A stretch of DNA of 21,357 bases from Hormoscilla sp. (GCA_051439505.1 JBFRWI010000105.1:1-21357), one strand, 5' to 3'; counted from the stretch's first letter, positions 1 through 8,936 are shown. Numbers and translations: made by a program. Notes: generated from the sequence alone by a model not told the origin.

Positions 1-657
1 TATAAATGACGCTCTCAATTAACCATTGACAATAGCGCTCCTGCACGCTCCGGGCCCCCTCCGCTGCGCGACTTCGTCCTCTGCAATTAGCAGACCTCAT
101 CATCCCGTCGTTGTGCAACGCCAAATATACTTACCGTTTGCTAAATTGTCAGACAGAGTACGTATTATAGGTGTTGCACATTTTTGGGGCGATCGGGAAG
201 TTTTTGGTGATGGGTGCGATCGCCATCATTTAAAAATGCGCAGGAGAACCCTGCCACCGGGCTCTCCTTGTGGAGTCTTGCGTGAGCGATAACGAGATTT
301 ACCTGACCCGGAGTTACGCAAAAAGCGCCTGTTTCCCTTGCTTGACCCAAGTGGGGCGCTTTTTGCGCAGTCCGGGCCGGGCATCCCTGGTTTCGCTTGG
401 GCTTTTTCCAAGCCCCCATGAACCTTCATTGCTGAATATAATATAGCTTAGGGAAGTGGAATTTGTCAAGGGTAAAGGGAAATTTTTTTTTCCCGAGCAT
501 GGGATATTTATTTTATTTGATCTTCATATCCTTTTTTTACCGTTTGGAGGCTGGGAAAAAGTTAGCTACCAAGTTAGTAGGGTAAGTTGGTGGCTCCCAA
601 CCCGGTTTGGAGAGATCTCCTCCCATCTTTGTCCAAAGTTGTATTATAAAAAGTTGG

Positions 658-1581
658 TTAGATGCGCCCGTTAATGAACTCCTGCACCCTCTGCCACACT
701 ATCTCTAATAAATTGGGACTATCCGTATCAAACCATTCAATCAGCGGATCTGCCCGAAACCAGGTCCGCTGTCGCTTGGCAAATTGCCGCGTGTGCAAGA
801 TGGTTAATTCTTTCGCCTCTTGCAAAGCAATATCTCCAGCCATATATTGCTTGATTTCCTGATAACCTAGGGTATCTAACAGAGGCAAATCAGCACCATA
901 TTTCTGACAGAGATATTCTACTTCCTCGACAAACCCAGCGGCCAGCATTTGTTCTGTCCGCTGGGCAATTCTCTGTGTCAGTCTGTCAGCATCTGCACAT
1001 TCTAAACCAATTTGCAGAATCGGATAGTCGGGCGGATCGGTCCCTTGCTGTTGGGAAATGGGAATTCCCGTGACATAAAATACTTCTAAGGCTCGTAATG
1101 TCCGCACAGCATCATTGGCGTGAATCTTCCTGGCCGCCCCCGGATCTACTTGTTGCAGCATCCCGTAACATTGCCTTTGCGATAGTTCTCCCAACTGCGA
1201 TCGCAACTCTGTCTGGGGTGCGACTCGGGGAATCTTCATTCCTTGCACTACGGAACGGATGTATAATCCCGTACCTCCCACCAAGAGGGGAATGTACCCT
1301 TCTGCTTGGAAAGATGCGATCGCCCCTTGGGCCTGCTGCTGGTAATCTGCTAAAGTGAGAGTTTCCCTCGGATCGCAGATATCAATCAGGTAATGGGGCA
1401 CCAGCAGGCGATCGGCCCTTGTGGGCTTGGCCGTACCAATGTCAAACTCTCGGTACAGCTGTCGGGAGTCAGCACTCAAAATGACGGTCCCCAGTCTCTG
1501 GGCCAAAGCCAAAGCTAGCCCCGACTTACCGGTGGCGGTGGCACCACAGACCGCAATCAAACCGTAACCGCCTCTACTCAT
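658..1581 (-). CDS. miaA: tRNA (adenosine(37)-N6)-dimethylallyltransferase
   Basis: 307-aa ORF with P-loop GATATGKS, SADSRQLYREFDIGTAKP, LVGGTGLY and TRQFAKRQRTWF motifs of the IPP-transferase family. Confidence 0.97.
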   Translation of the reverse strand: MSRGGYGLIAVCGATATGKSGLALALAQRLGTVILSADSRQLYREFDIGTAKPTRADRLLVPHYLIDICDPRETLTLADYQQQAQGAIASFQAEGYIPLLVGGTGLYIRSVVQGMKIPRVAPQTELRSQLGELSQRQCYGMLQQVDPGAARKIHANDAVRTLRALEVFYVTGIPISQQQGTDPPDYPILQIGLECADADRLTQRIAQRTEQMLAAGFVEEVEYLCQKYGADLPLLDTLGYQEIKQYMAGDIALQEAKELTILHTRQFAKRQRTWFRADPLIEWFDTDSPNLLEIVWQRVQEFINGRI

Positions 1582-1647
1582 ATGGTGGGTGCATCCCCTA
1601 AATAAATTTGCCCCGATCCTGCCCTAAGATTGTCTCAGACCCTTTTA

Positions 1648-1656
1648 TGTTATAAT
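1648..1656 (+). promoter_or_regulatory. Putative extended -10 promoter (TGnTATAAT) for gyrB
   Basis: TGTTATAAT lies ~70 nt upstream of the gyrB ATG (1723), in the miaA/gyrB divergent spacer; a GGAGA RBS-like sequence is at 1710-1714. Confidence 0.55.
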
Positions 1657-1722
1657 TTTTGAGAGATTTTTCCTGAGAATAGTATAAGGGCGGCTAAAAG
1701 CCCGAAATTGGAGAAGACATAC

Positions 1723-4700
1723 ATGACCACCAGCTACAGCGCCGAGCAAATTCAAGTGCTCGAAGGTTTAGAACCGGTCAGAAAAAGACCGGGGATGTAC
1801 ATCGGCACTACTGGCCCCAGAGGACTCCATCATCTAGTATATGAGGTGGTTGACAACTCGATCGATGAAGCCCTCGCCGGCCACTGCACCCATATTGAAG
1901 TGGATATCAATGCCGAGGGTTCTGTTACCGTCACCGATGATGGCCGGGGTATCCCTACAGATATTCATTCCCGTACTGGCAAGTCGGCATTGGAAACGGT
2001 GATGACCGTACTCCACGCTGGCGGTAAGTTTGGCGGCGGTGGCTACAAGGTTTCCGGAGGATTGCATGGTGTCGGGGTCTCGGTGGTGAATGCCCTGTCG
2101 GAATGGTTGGAAGCTACCGTTTGGCGTGGGGGGAACATCCATACCCAACGCTTTGAACGGGGCATGCCTATAGGGGAACTAGCTTCCCAACCCGATACAG
2201 AAACCCGTACTGGCACTTCCATCTCCTTCATGCCCGATACCCAAATCTTTACTACGGGCATCGAGTTCGATTACGATACCTTGGCCAGGCGCTTGCGGGA
2301 GTTGGCCTACTTGAACGCTGGGGTCAAAATTACCTTTAGCGATCTCCGCCTGGAAGCACCACGGATCGAAAGCTACCAATACAATGGGGGCATTCAAGAA
2401 TATGTTGCCTACATGAATCGGGAAAAGCAATCTCTGCATGAGGAAATTATCTATATGCAGGGAGAAAAAAATGATGTCCAGGTAGAAGTCGCTTTGCAGT
2501 GGTGCGTCGATGCCTATACGGACAATTTGCTGGGGTTTGCCAATAACATCCGCACTATTGATGGCGGTACTCACCTGGAAGGGTTGAAGACCGTCTTGAC
2601 TCGGACCATGAATTCGATCGCCCGCAAGCGCAACAAGCTGAAGGAAAATGAATCCAACCTGGGTGGGGAGAATATCCGCGAAGGTTTAACAGGGGTAATT
2701 TCTGTCAAGGTGCCCGATCCCGAATTTGAAGGACAGACGAAAACAAAACTGGGGAATACAGAAGTGCGGGGCATTGTAGATTCCCTCGTGGGAGAACGTC
2801 TCACTGAGTACCTGGAATTTCGCCCCGCGATCGCAGATTCGATCTTAGAAAAGGCAATTCAAGCTTTCAATGCCGCAGAAGCGGCACGACGGGCCCGGGA
2901 ATTAGTCCGCCGGAAATCCGTCTTAGAATCCTCTACTTTACCAGGAAAATTGGCTGATTGCAGCGAGCGAAACCCCGCAGAATCGGAGATATTCATCGTT
3001 GAAGGCACGTCGGCAAGTGGTTGTTTTCATGGCGACACCCTTGTAGCCTTGGCTGATGGCCGTTCTCTCAGCTTCAAAGACATTATTGCCGAACAAGCCC
3101 AAGGAAAAGAACATTTTTGCTATACCGTTCGCCCTAGCGGCAAAATCGCGATCGAACGCATCATCAACCCCCGGATGACTAAGGCAAATGCTGAAGTCGT
3201 CCAGGTGACATTAGATAATGGGGAAACTCTCATATGCACTCCCGATCACCCGTTCATGTTGCGGGATGGCAGCTATAAACCAGCGGCATTGCTGACACCA
3301 GCAGATTCCCTCATGCCACTCTATCGCCAGCTTTCCCGCAAGAGCAAGAGCAAGAGCAAGAGCAAGAATAAAAACGGTTCCGGACTAGATGGTTACGAAA
3401 TGGTTTGGAATCCCCATCAGAATCAGTGGATTTATACCCATCTGTTGGCAGATTTTTATAACCTCCGCAATAATGTATATCATTCATCAGATGGCAATCA
3501 TCGCCATCATGTCGATTTCAATAAACTCAACAACAACCCGACAAATATCAAACGGCTGCCTGCGTCCGAACACTTAGCCTTACATCGCGCTCATCTTGAA
3601 TTCACCCTGCATCGTCCGGACGTGATAGAAAAAAGCCGCCAAGTTCACATGAGTGAAGAGTTTCGTGCGATGATGAGCGAACGAATGCAGCAACCAGAAA
3701 CGCGGAAAATTCTCTCGGAACAGGCTAAGGCCCAGTGGGAAGATGAAGCGTACAAAGCTTATATGCAAAGCAAGTGGCGCGAGTTTTATGAAGGCAATGA
3801 AACTTACCGGCAGGATTTGCACGATCGATTGTACCAAGCCCAGTCAGAGTATTGGAGCGATCCAGCAAACCGCTCCGATCGCGCAGAAATGGTTCGCAAC
3901 TACTATGCAAATAATCCCGAAGCACGCGAAGAACTTTCTGCCATTGCCAAACAGCAATGGCAAGATGAAGAATTGTTGAAGTGGCGCTCTGAAAAGACAC
4001 GGAAACAATGGACTCCAGAATTCCGGGCCCAGCGCCGTGCGGCACTGAATGAAACATATTACCGCAAAACTATCGAGGTTTTAAAAAAAGTTCACCGCCA
4101 GGAAGGTTATATGGATCTGGAACTGTACGATCGTTACCGTCGCCAAACCCGAGACAAGTCTTTGTTGAAATTTGAGACGTTCTGCAAGCGGTATTTTGAG
4201 GGCGATGACGTACTAGCGCGTCAAGCAATTCGCAATTACAACCATCGCATTGTGTCCGTCGAACCCCTGGAAGAACGGATGGATGTTTACGACATCGAAG
4301 TTCCCCATACTCATAACTTCGCCCTAGCAAGTGGGGTCTTTGTCCATAACAGTGCTAAGCAAGGACGAGACAGGCGTTTTCAGGCTATTCTGCCTCTGCG
4401 GGGGAAAATTCTCAATATTGAGAAGACTGATGATGCTAAAATATACAAGAACAATGAAATTCAGTCCCTGATTACAGCCCTGGGTTTGGGGATTAAGGGT
4501 GAGGAATTTGACCCTTCTAATCTCCGCTATCACAGGATCGTGATCATGACAGACGCTGATGTAGATGGGGCCCACATCCGCACCCTGTTGTTGACCTTTT
4601 TCTATCGCTATCAGCGGGATATCGTCGATCGCGGTTATATCTATATTGCCTGTCCTCCTCTATATAAGGTGGAACGGGGACGCAGTCATTTCTATTGCTA

Positions 4701-4974
4701 TAGCGATCGGGAACTGCAAGAACGCCTTAGTGAGTTGCCGAAAAATGCAAATTATAACATTCAGCGGTTCAAAGGTTTGGGTGAAATGATGCCCCAACAA
4801 CTCTGGGATACTACTATGAACCCGGACACGAGGACCATGAAACGGGTGGAAATTGAAGATGCTGCTGAAGCTGACCGCATCTTTACGGTGCTGATGGGCG
4901 ATCGGGTGGCCCCCCGCCGCCAATTTATCGAAACCTACGGACCGAAACTCAATCTGACTGATTTGGATATCTAA
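1723..4974 (+). CDS. gyrB: DNA gyrase subunit B, intein-containing precursor (1083 aa; 640-aa extein after splicing)
   Basis: GHKL ATPase motifs (EVVDNSIDE, DDGRGIP, GGLHGVGVSVVNALS), PGKLADC, TOPRIM PLRGKILN and IMTDADVDG, and RFKGLGEM. ATG 1723 follows GGAGA; the ORF track starts at the upstream TTG 1708. Confidence 0.97.
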   Translation: MTTSYSAEQIQVLEGLEPVRKRPGMYIGTTGPRGLHHLVYEVVDNSIDEALAGHCTHIEVDINAEGSVTVTDDGRGIPTDIHSRTGKSALETVMTVLHAGGKFGGGGYKVSGGLHGVGVSVVNALSEWLEATVWRGGNIHTQRFERGMPIGELASQPDTETRTGTSISFMPDTQIFTTGIEFDYDTLARRLRELAYLNAGVKITFSDLRLEAPRIESYQYNGGIQEYVAYMNREKQSLHEEIIYMQGEKNDVQVEVALQWCVDAYTDNLLGFANNIRTIDGGTHLEGLKTVLTRTMNSIARKRNKLKENESNLGGENIREGLTGVISVKVPDPEFEGQTKTKLGNTEVRGIVDSLVGERLTEYLEFRPAIADSILEKAIQAFNAAEAARRARELVRRKSVLESSTLPGKLADCSERNPAESEIFIVEGTSASGCFHGDTLVALADGRSLSFKDIIAEQAQGKEHFCYTVRPSGKIAIERIINPRMTKANAEVVQVTLDNGETLICTPDHPFMLRDGSYKPAALLTPADSLMPLYRQLSRKSKSKSKSKNKNGSGLDGYEMVWNPHQNQWIYTHLLADFYNLRNNVYHSSDGNHRHHVDFNKLNNNPTNIKRLPASEHLALHRAHLEFTLHRPDVIEKSRQVHMSEEFRAMMSERMQQPETRKILSEQAKAQWEDEAYKAYMQSKWREFYEGNETYRQDLHDRLYQAQSEYWSDPANRSDRAEMVRNYYANNPEAREELSAIAKQQWQDEELLKWRSEKTRKQWTPEFRAQRRAALNETYYRKTIEVLKKVHRQEGYMDLELYDRYRRQTRDKSLLKFETFCKRYFEGDDVLARQAIRNYNHRIVSVEPLEERMDVYDIEVPHTHNFALASGVFVHNSAKQGRDRRFQAILPLRGKILNIEKTDDAKIYKNNEIQSLITALGLGIKGEEFDPSNLRYHRIVIMTDADVDGAHIRTLLLTFFYRYQRDIVDRGYIYIACPPLYKVERGRSHFYCYSDRELQERLSELPKNANYNIQRFKGLGEMMPQQLWDTTMNPDTRTMKRVEIEDAAEADRIFTVLMGDRVAPRRQFIETYGPKLNLTDLDI
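3022..4350 (+). mobile_element. In-frame intein (443 aa) with HNH homing endonuclease, Ssp GyrB intein-like
   Basis: Starts CFHGDTLVALADG (block A), has CTPDHPF (block B) and ends VYDIEVPHTHNFALASGVFVHN followed by +1 Ser (SAKQGR). Removal rejoins EGxSAxG|SAKQGRDR. Internal HHVDFNKLNNNPTNIKRLPASEHLALH is an HNH motif. Confidence 0.95.
3338..3367 (+). repeat. Hexanucleotide tandem repeat (GCAAGA)x5 inside the intein
   Basis: Five perfect copies encoding the Lys-Ser run in RKSKSKSKSKN. Confidence 0.9.
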
Positions 4975-4987
4975 GATATTGTTGGGC

Positions 4988-5008
4988 GTAGGGTGGGCAC
5001 CGCCCACC
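4988..5008 (+). repeat. REP-like palindrome family A (GTAG-GGTGGGC-ACC-GCCCACC)
   Basis: GTAG tetranucleotide plus a 7-bp stem, 13 nt after the gyrB stop; identical reverse-complement copies at 10843, 11397 and 11441. Confidence 0.85.
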
Positions 5009-5149
5009 TTCTGCCCCTGGGAATGTGTAAATAAGTTGGTCCGCTTGATTATGAAAAAAACCTGATTTCATAATTCATTCTTGAGATCCTCACCTTCGGG
5101 TAAGGAGTTCGCGATCTCTCTGCCTCGACAATTATCATAGTGTTAGATC

Positions 5150-6175
5150 ATGACTACTTTACCTCACCGCCTGCTGCTACTGCTATCACTTGTCTTTTGC
5201 CTTTGTACTTTTGACGAACCCAAAGCCGTTGGCCAATTGCCACCGCCGCCACAGGAGACAACGAGTGAAGACTTACCCGAACATGCAGATGTGGTTACCG
5301 CAGTTGCGGTCAGTCCCGATGGGGCGATCGTGGCTAGTGCCTCCTATGACGGTACCATTAAACTCTGGCACCGGAAGGAAAATCGGCAAATCAATGTTCT
5401 CAGAGAACATCAAGGGTGGGTATTGAGTTTGGCATTCAGTCCCAATGGGCGCTTTCTGGCCAGTGGCGGTTTGGACAGAACCATTAAGATCTGGAACCTG
5501 AATACTGGCAGAGTAGTGCGTAATTTAAGAGGCCATAGAAATGGCATCTTATCGGTAGCCTTCAGTCCGGATGAGATACACCTGGCTAGTGGTAGCCTGG
5601 ATAAGACGATCGGAATTTGGAATCTGGGAGGTAGCGAATTAGTCCGCACCCTGAGAAGTCATGGAGACTGGGTGCATTCCGTTGCTTTCAGTCCGGATAA
5701 TCAGACCCTCGCTAGTGGCAGTTTTGACAAAACAGTTAAGCTGTGGAATTGGCGCGAGGGCACGGAAATGCGCACCCTTACCGAACATCAAGGTCCTGTT
5801 TTATCTGTTGCCATTAGCCCTGATGGGGTCCTTTTAGCTAGTGGCAGTTTTGACAAAACTATTGTGCTGTGGAATTTGGCGACTAATAGTCTGCATAAAA
5901 TCTTGCTCGGCCATGAAAATGGAGTGTTAGATGTCACCTTTAGCCCCGATGGGCGCTATCTTGCTAGTGGTAGCGATGACAAGACTGCTAAAATCTGGGA
6001 TCTGATTACGGGTGTAGATTTGATTAGCTTCGATGGATATAATAGCGGCGTCAGTTCTGTCGATTTTACTCCTGACCTGCTGGGCCTGGTGACTGGTAGC
6101 GATGACAAGACTGTTAAACTTCGCTATCTAAATCTCTTACCCGATCGACATGTTACCCCTAGGGAGAGACTTTAA
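5150..6175 (+). CDS. WD40-repeat (7-bladed beta-propeller) protein with putative N-terminal signal peptide
   Basis: Seven ~42-aa repeats H..V.SVAFSPDG..LASGS.DKT.K.W; hydrophobic N-terminus LLLLLSLVFCL followed by a Pro-rich linker. Confidence 0.92.
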   Translation: MTTLPHRLLLLLSLVFCLCTFDEPKAVGQLPPPPQETTSEDLPEHADVVTAVAVSPDGAIVASASYDGTIKLWHRKENRQINVLREHQGWVLSLAFSPNGRFLASGGLDRTIKIWNLNTGRVVRNLRGHRNGILSVAFSPDEIHLASGSLDKTIGIWNLGGSELVRTLRSHGDWVHSVAFSPDNQTLASGSFDKTVKLWNWREGTEMRTLTEHQGPVLSVAISPDGVLLASGSFDKTIVLWNLATNSLHKILLGHENGVLDVTFSPDGRYLASGSDDKTAKIWDLITGVDLISFDGYNSGVSSVDFTPDLLGLVTGSDDKTVKLRYLNLLPDRHVTPRERL

Positions 6176-6312
6176 ACTGCGCTTTTGCGGGAAATGGGAT
6201 GGCCCAAAGAAACTAGAGACCCGGACCTGAGGCAATTTCCTAGGATCGAGATCCTCACCTCCCGCATCTCTAGGCCGAAACCAGGTTTAAGACTACAACA
6301 GTTTCGCGATAT

Positions 6313-6966
6313 CTATTTATGTTGGCGCTGCAACGCTAATGCACCCAAGGCACTCGCTGCTAGCAAACCCAGAACTAAAGCTGGTTCGGGCACTGTCTCG
6401 ATTCTTATCTTCCTGAGCATGTAATCATCATTTCGATCGGTAACAGTAAATCCGAATCCTACAGCTGTCCGATCTTCGGGGTCAAACCTGGTGAAATTGA
6501 AGAAGCCGATGCCAGTATCGTCCCCATTTCCTCCACGGATATCGGCACTGACAAGCTCATCTCCATCTACAAATAAGGTAAACTCATCATTAAACCCTAC
6601 CCGGGAGAACATTGCCGAATGGATCCTTACTGGACTATCAAACCTCAAAAGCAGAGTTTCACCACGAATCCAACCATCCACCTCGGGATCTTCACACAAT
6701 CGTGGGCGAATACATCCTCCGAAGACTCCCAGACCGCTAGCCGTCTGTACCACATCGCGAGGATTAGTATTCAAACCAACACTTCCAGTGGCTCTCACGG
6801 TTATCCCTCCCTCTGTGAAGTCCAAGGAACTATCTCTCTTCGCTGGCGAACCGGTAAAATCGTATATTAAACTTGCGGCTTGTGCCTGGTTAGCCTCGAT
6901 CGCGCCGAAGCTCAAGGCTGCGCTAGCGACTGCGGCTGCTATTTTCTGGAAAAATTTGCTTGACAT
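6313..6966 (-). CDS. PEP-CTERM sorting-domain surface protein
   Basis: Signal peptide ending AQA-A; C-terminal VPEP, then a hydrophobic helix (ALVLGLLAASALGALAL) and a basic tail QRQHK. Confidence 0.88.
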   Translation of the reverse strand: MSSKFFQKIAAAVASAALSFGAIEANQAQAASLIYDFTGSPAKRDSSLDFTEGGITVRATGSVGLNTNPRDVVQTASGLGVFGGCIRPRLCEDPEVDGWIRGETLLLRFDSPVRIHSAMFSRVGFNDEFTLFVDGDELVSADIRGGNGDDTGIGFFNFTRFDPEDRTAVGFGFTVTDRNDDYMLRKIRIETVPEPALVLGLLAASALGALALQRQHK

Positions 6967-7482
6967 TTTTACACTTTTGTCCTATTTTTCTGCGAGTAAC
7001 TGCTTTTGACGCTAATCGATATGATTAGTTCATTATATCCTATATTTCGCGGATTTGCCAGATCTGTCTAAAGGAAAATATCCGCCACACCAAGGCCGCT
7101 GTCCCGGTGGCATCCGATCGCACACTGGCAACCCCTATCGCTATACCGCCCTAGAGCATCGGTCCAGTAGAAGTCCTTGACAAAAAAAAGAAAATGTGCA
7201 TCTACTAAATTTGGTAGCGAGCATAACAATTGTGAGCCTCCGGAGCGACCCCACGGGGCCAGAGCGTGAAAAACGGGAAAGGAGCAGAAGAACGATTTTT
7301 CGTCAATACACAGATTGCCAAATTTGTCAAGCATTATTAGTGGACCGACGCTCTAGATTGCCATATTTGCTCGTGCTTATCAAGTGATAAGGTCGAGTGC
7401 TTTTTGCCCAACTGTTTTGATGTCCTTGCACTCGGCTGTTATACTACGATCTAATTTTGTTAACAATTAGGAATGACAAATC

Positions 7483-8145
7483 ATGCTAGAACAATTATGG
7501 AGCAGATTGTTGCCTTGGGGTCTAAGTTTCATCCTCGCTACCTTCACCCTGGGATTTTCCCATCCCGCCTATGCTATCTCTGCTAGGGACTCCTTTCGTA
7601 CAGCCTATGAAAACCGCTATACTTGGGACGAACAATTTCCCGGTTATACCGCTGACTTGTCGGTTAATTACAATGGGGAACTCTATCAAGGGATGGTTAG
7701 GATCAAACCAGACCTCAGCGTGGAAGTAATTGACATAGAAAACCCAGACATCCGAATGCTGCTAGAGAATCAACTGAAAATGGAAGTGATTCACCGCCGA
7801 CGGGTTCCCTTTGACAAGATGCACGGGAACAATAGCTTTCTGCTAGTTGGTACTGATGATGCTGGGGCGTCGATAATCAAAGAGGTGGGAGATGAGATGG
7901 ACTCCTACTATCAAGTTAAGGATGGCGCGATCGCCCAAGTAAACCGTCGATTTGATGACATAGCGGTCACGGTTGATACCCTGGGGACGAATGAGACGCC
8001 AGCAGGTTATTTAGTTTCCCATTTCCAAACAACTTTCCGGGATGCTTTGACAGGTAAAATACTGGAACAGGAAGATGTCAGGGATATTCACGAAAAAATT
8101 GGCAATTACTACGTGCTAACTAACCGCACTATCCAAACTTTTTAG
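7483..8145 (+). CDS. DUF3386-like protein with signal peptide; possibly C-terminally shortened
   Basis: ARDSFRTAYENRYTWDEQFPGYTAD and IHRRRVPF motifs recalled from cyanobacterial DUF3386; signal peptide ending PAYA; AGGA RBS upstream. Confidence 0.75.
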   Translation: MLEQLWSRLLPWGLSFILATFTLGFSHPAYAISARDSFRTAYENRYTWDEQFPGYTADLSVNYNGELYQGMVRIKPDLSVEVIDIENPDIRMLLENQLKMEVIHRRRVPFDKMHGNNSFLLVGTDDAGASIIKEVGDEMDSYYQVKDGAIAQVNRRFDDIAVTVDTLGTNETPAGYLVSHFQTTFRDALTGKILEQEDVRDIHEKIGNYYVLTNRTIQTF

Positions 8146-8161
8146 TTCGTTCGTAGTTTCC

Positions 8162-8281
8162 TTCGTAGTAAGGACTTCAGTCCTTACCACCATTTAGCGC
8201 TAAAGTTTTTAGTTTATTCCTAGTTTCGTTCGTAGTAAGGACTTCAGTCCTTACCACCCTTACCACCATTTAGCGCTAAAG
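8162..8281 (+). repeat. Two direct copies of REP-like family B (TTCGTAG-TAAGGAC-TTCA-GTCCTTA...TTTAGCGCTAAAG)
   Basis: Copies at 8162-8205 and 8229-8281; the second has an internal 9-bp duplication (CCTTACCAC). Each copy has GTAG, a hairpin and the 12-bp palindrome TTTAGCGCTAAA. Confidence 0.85.
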
Positions 8282-8905
8282 CATATTCTTAATCGCGTCC
8301 TTAATTACGTCTAGCAAACTGCTACCACCGATCGCCAGAGCAATTACAATCGAAGCGCTGAGAATTCCTGCCATTACACAAAGCACTAAACCCACCAGAC
8401 TAATCGCTCCGTCATCTTCCATTAAACCAAATCCCGTCACAAAAATTCCCATTGCGGGTAAAGTATTTGTGCCCGGAATGGGTATCATCATCGATACTGA
8501 CATGAAGGCGATCGCCACCCCGATCGCAACTCTACCAGGCAAACTGGTACAGATGTGGGTCAGACGGGGACGGGAAATTGCTTCTATGCGCCGCAACCAG
8601 GGAATAGCTGCTTTTACCACCCCCTGCACCTTCTCTAAAGGCATCGTTCCTTTGAGCATCTTTTGGGGGAACCAGGGGCGTTTGGCACCCGCTATCAACT
8701 GCATTGCTAAAAGAAACATTGCCACTCCGAAGGGAATAGAATAACCAGGGGCAGGTACTGGCAAAGCTGAAGGTAGGGAGAGGATGACGAACATAAAACC
8801 CAAAATCCTCTCTCCCGCTAGCCCGAGAATATCTGCTAGGGTTACCTTATCGGAACGTTCTTCTTCAAAAAAGTAGCGTTGTAATTCTACAGATAGTCTA
8901 GCCAC
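8276..8905 (-). CDS. exoD: Exopolysaccharide synthesis ExoD-family membrane protein
   Basis: GTG start; motifs TLADIL..AGER..G, LSLPSALPVP.PG.S.PFG, RPWFP, PIPGTNTLPA and GLMEDDG; several transmembrane segments. Confidence 0.85.
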   Translation of the reverse strand: MARLSVELQRYFFEEERSDKVTLADILGLAGERILGFMFVILSLPSALPVPAPGYSIPFGVAMFLLAMQLIAGAKRPWFPQKMLKGTMPLEKVQGVVKAAIPWLRRIEAISRPRLTHICTSLPGRVAIGVAIAFMSVSMMIPIPGTNTLPAMGIFVTGFGLMEDDGAISLVGLVLCVMAGILSASIVIALAIGGSSLLDVIKDAIKNML

Positions 8906-8936
8906 AGTAAAGTCATAGCTATTGGTCCGCCGACCC

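Noticed and set aside
26..674. Short ORFs 26-292, 165-419, 226-429 and 456-674, and the open minus frame 1-103
   Set aside because: No recognisable motifs or clear RBS, and they overlap one another across hairpin-rich DNA. The 1-103 frame is too short to judge.
7222..7237. lac-operator-like ATAACAATTGTGAGC
   Set aside because: The halves are in permuted order and no vector sequence is nearby; treated as coincidence.
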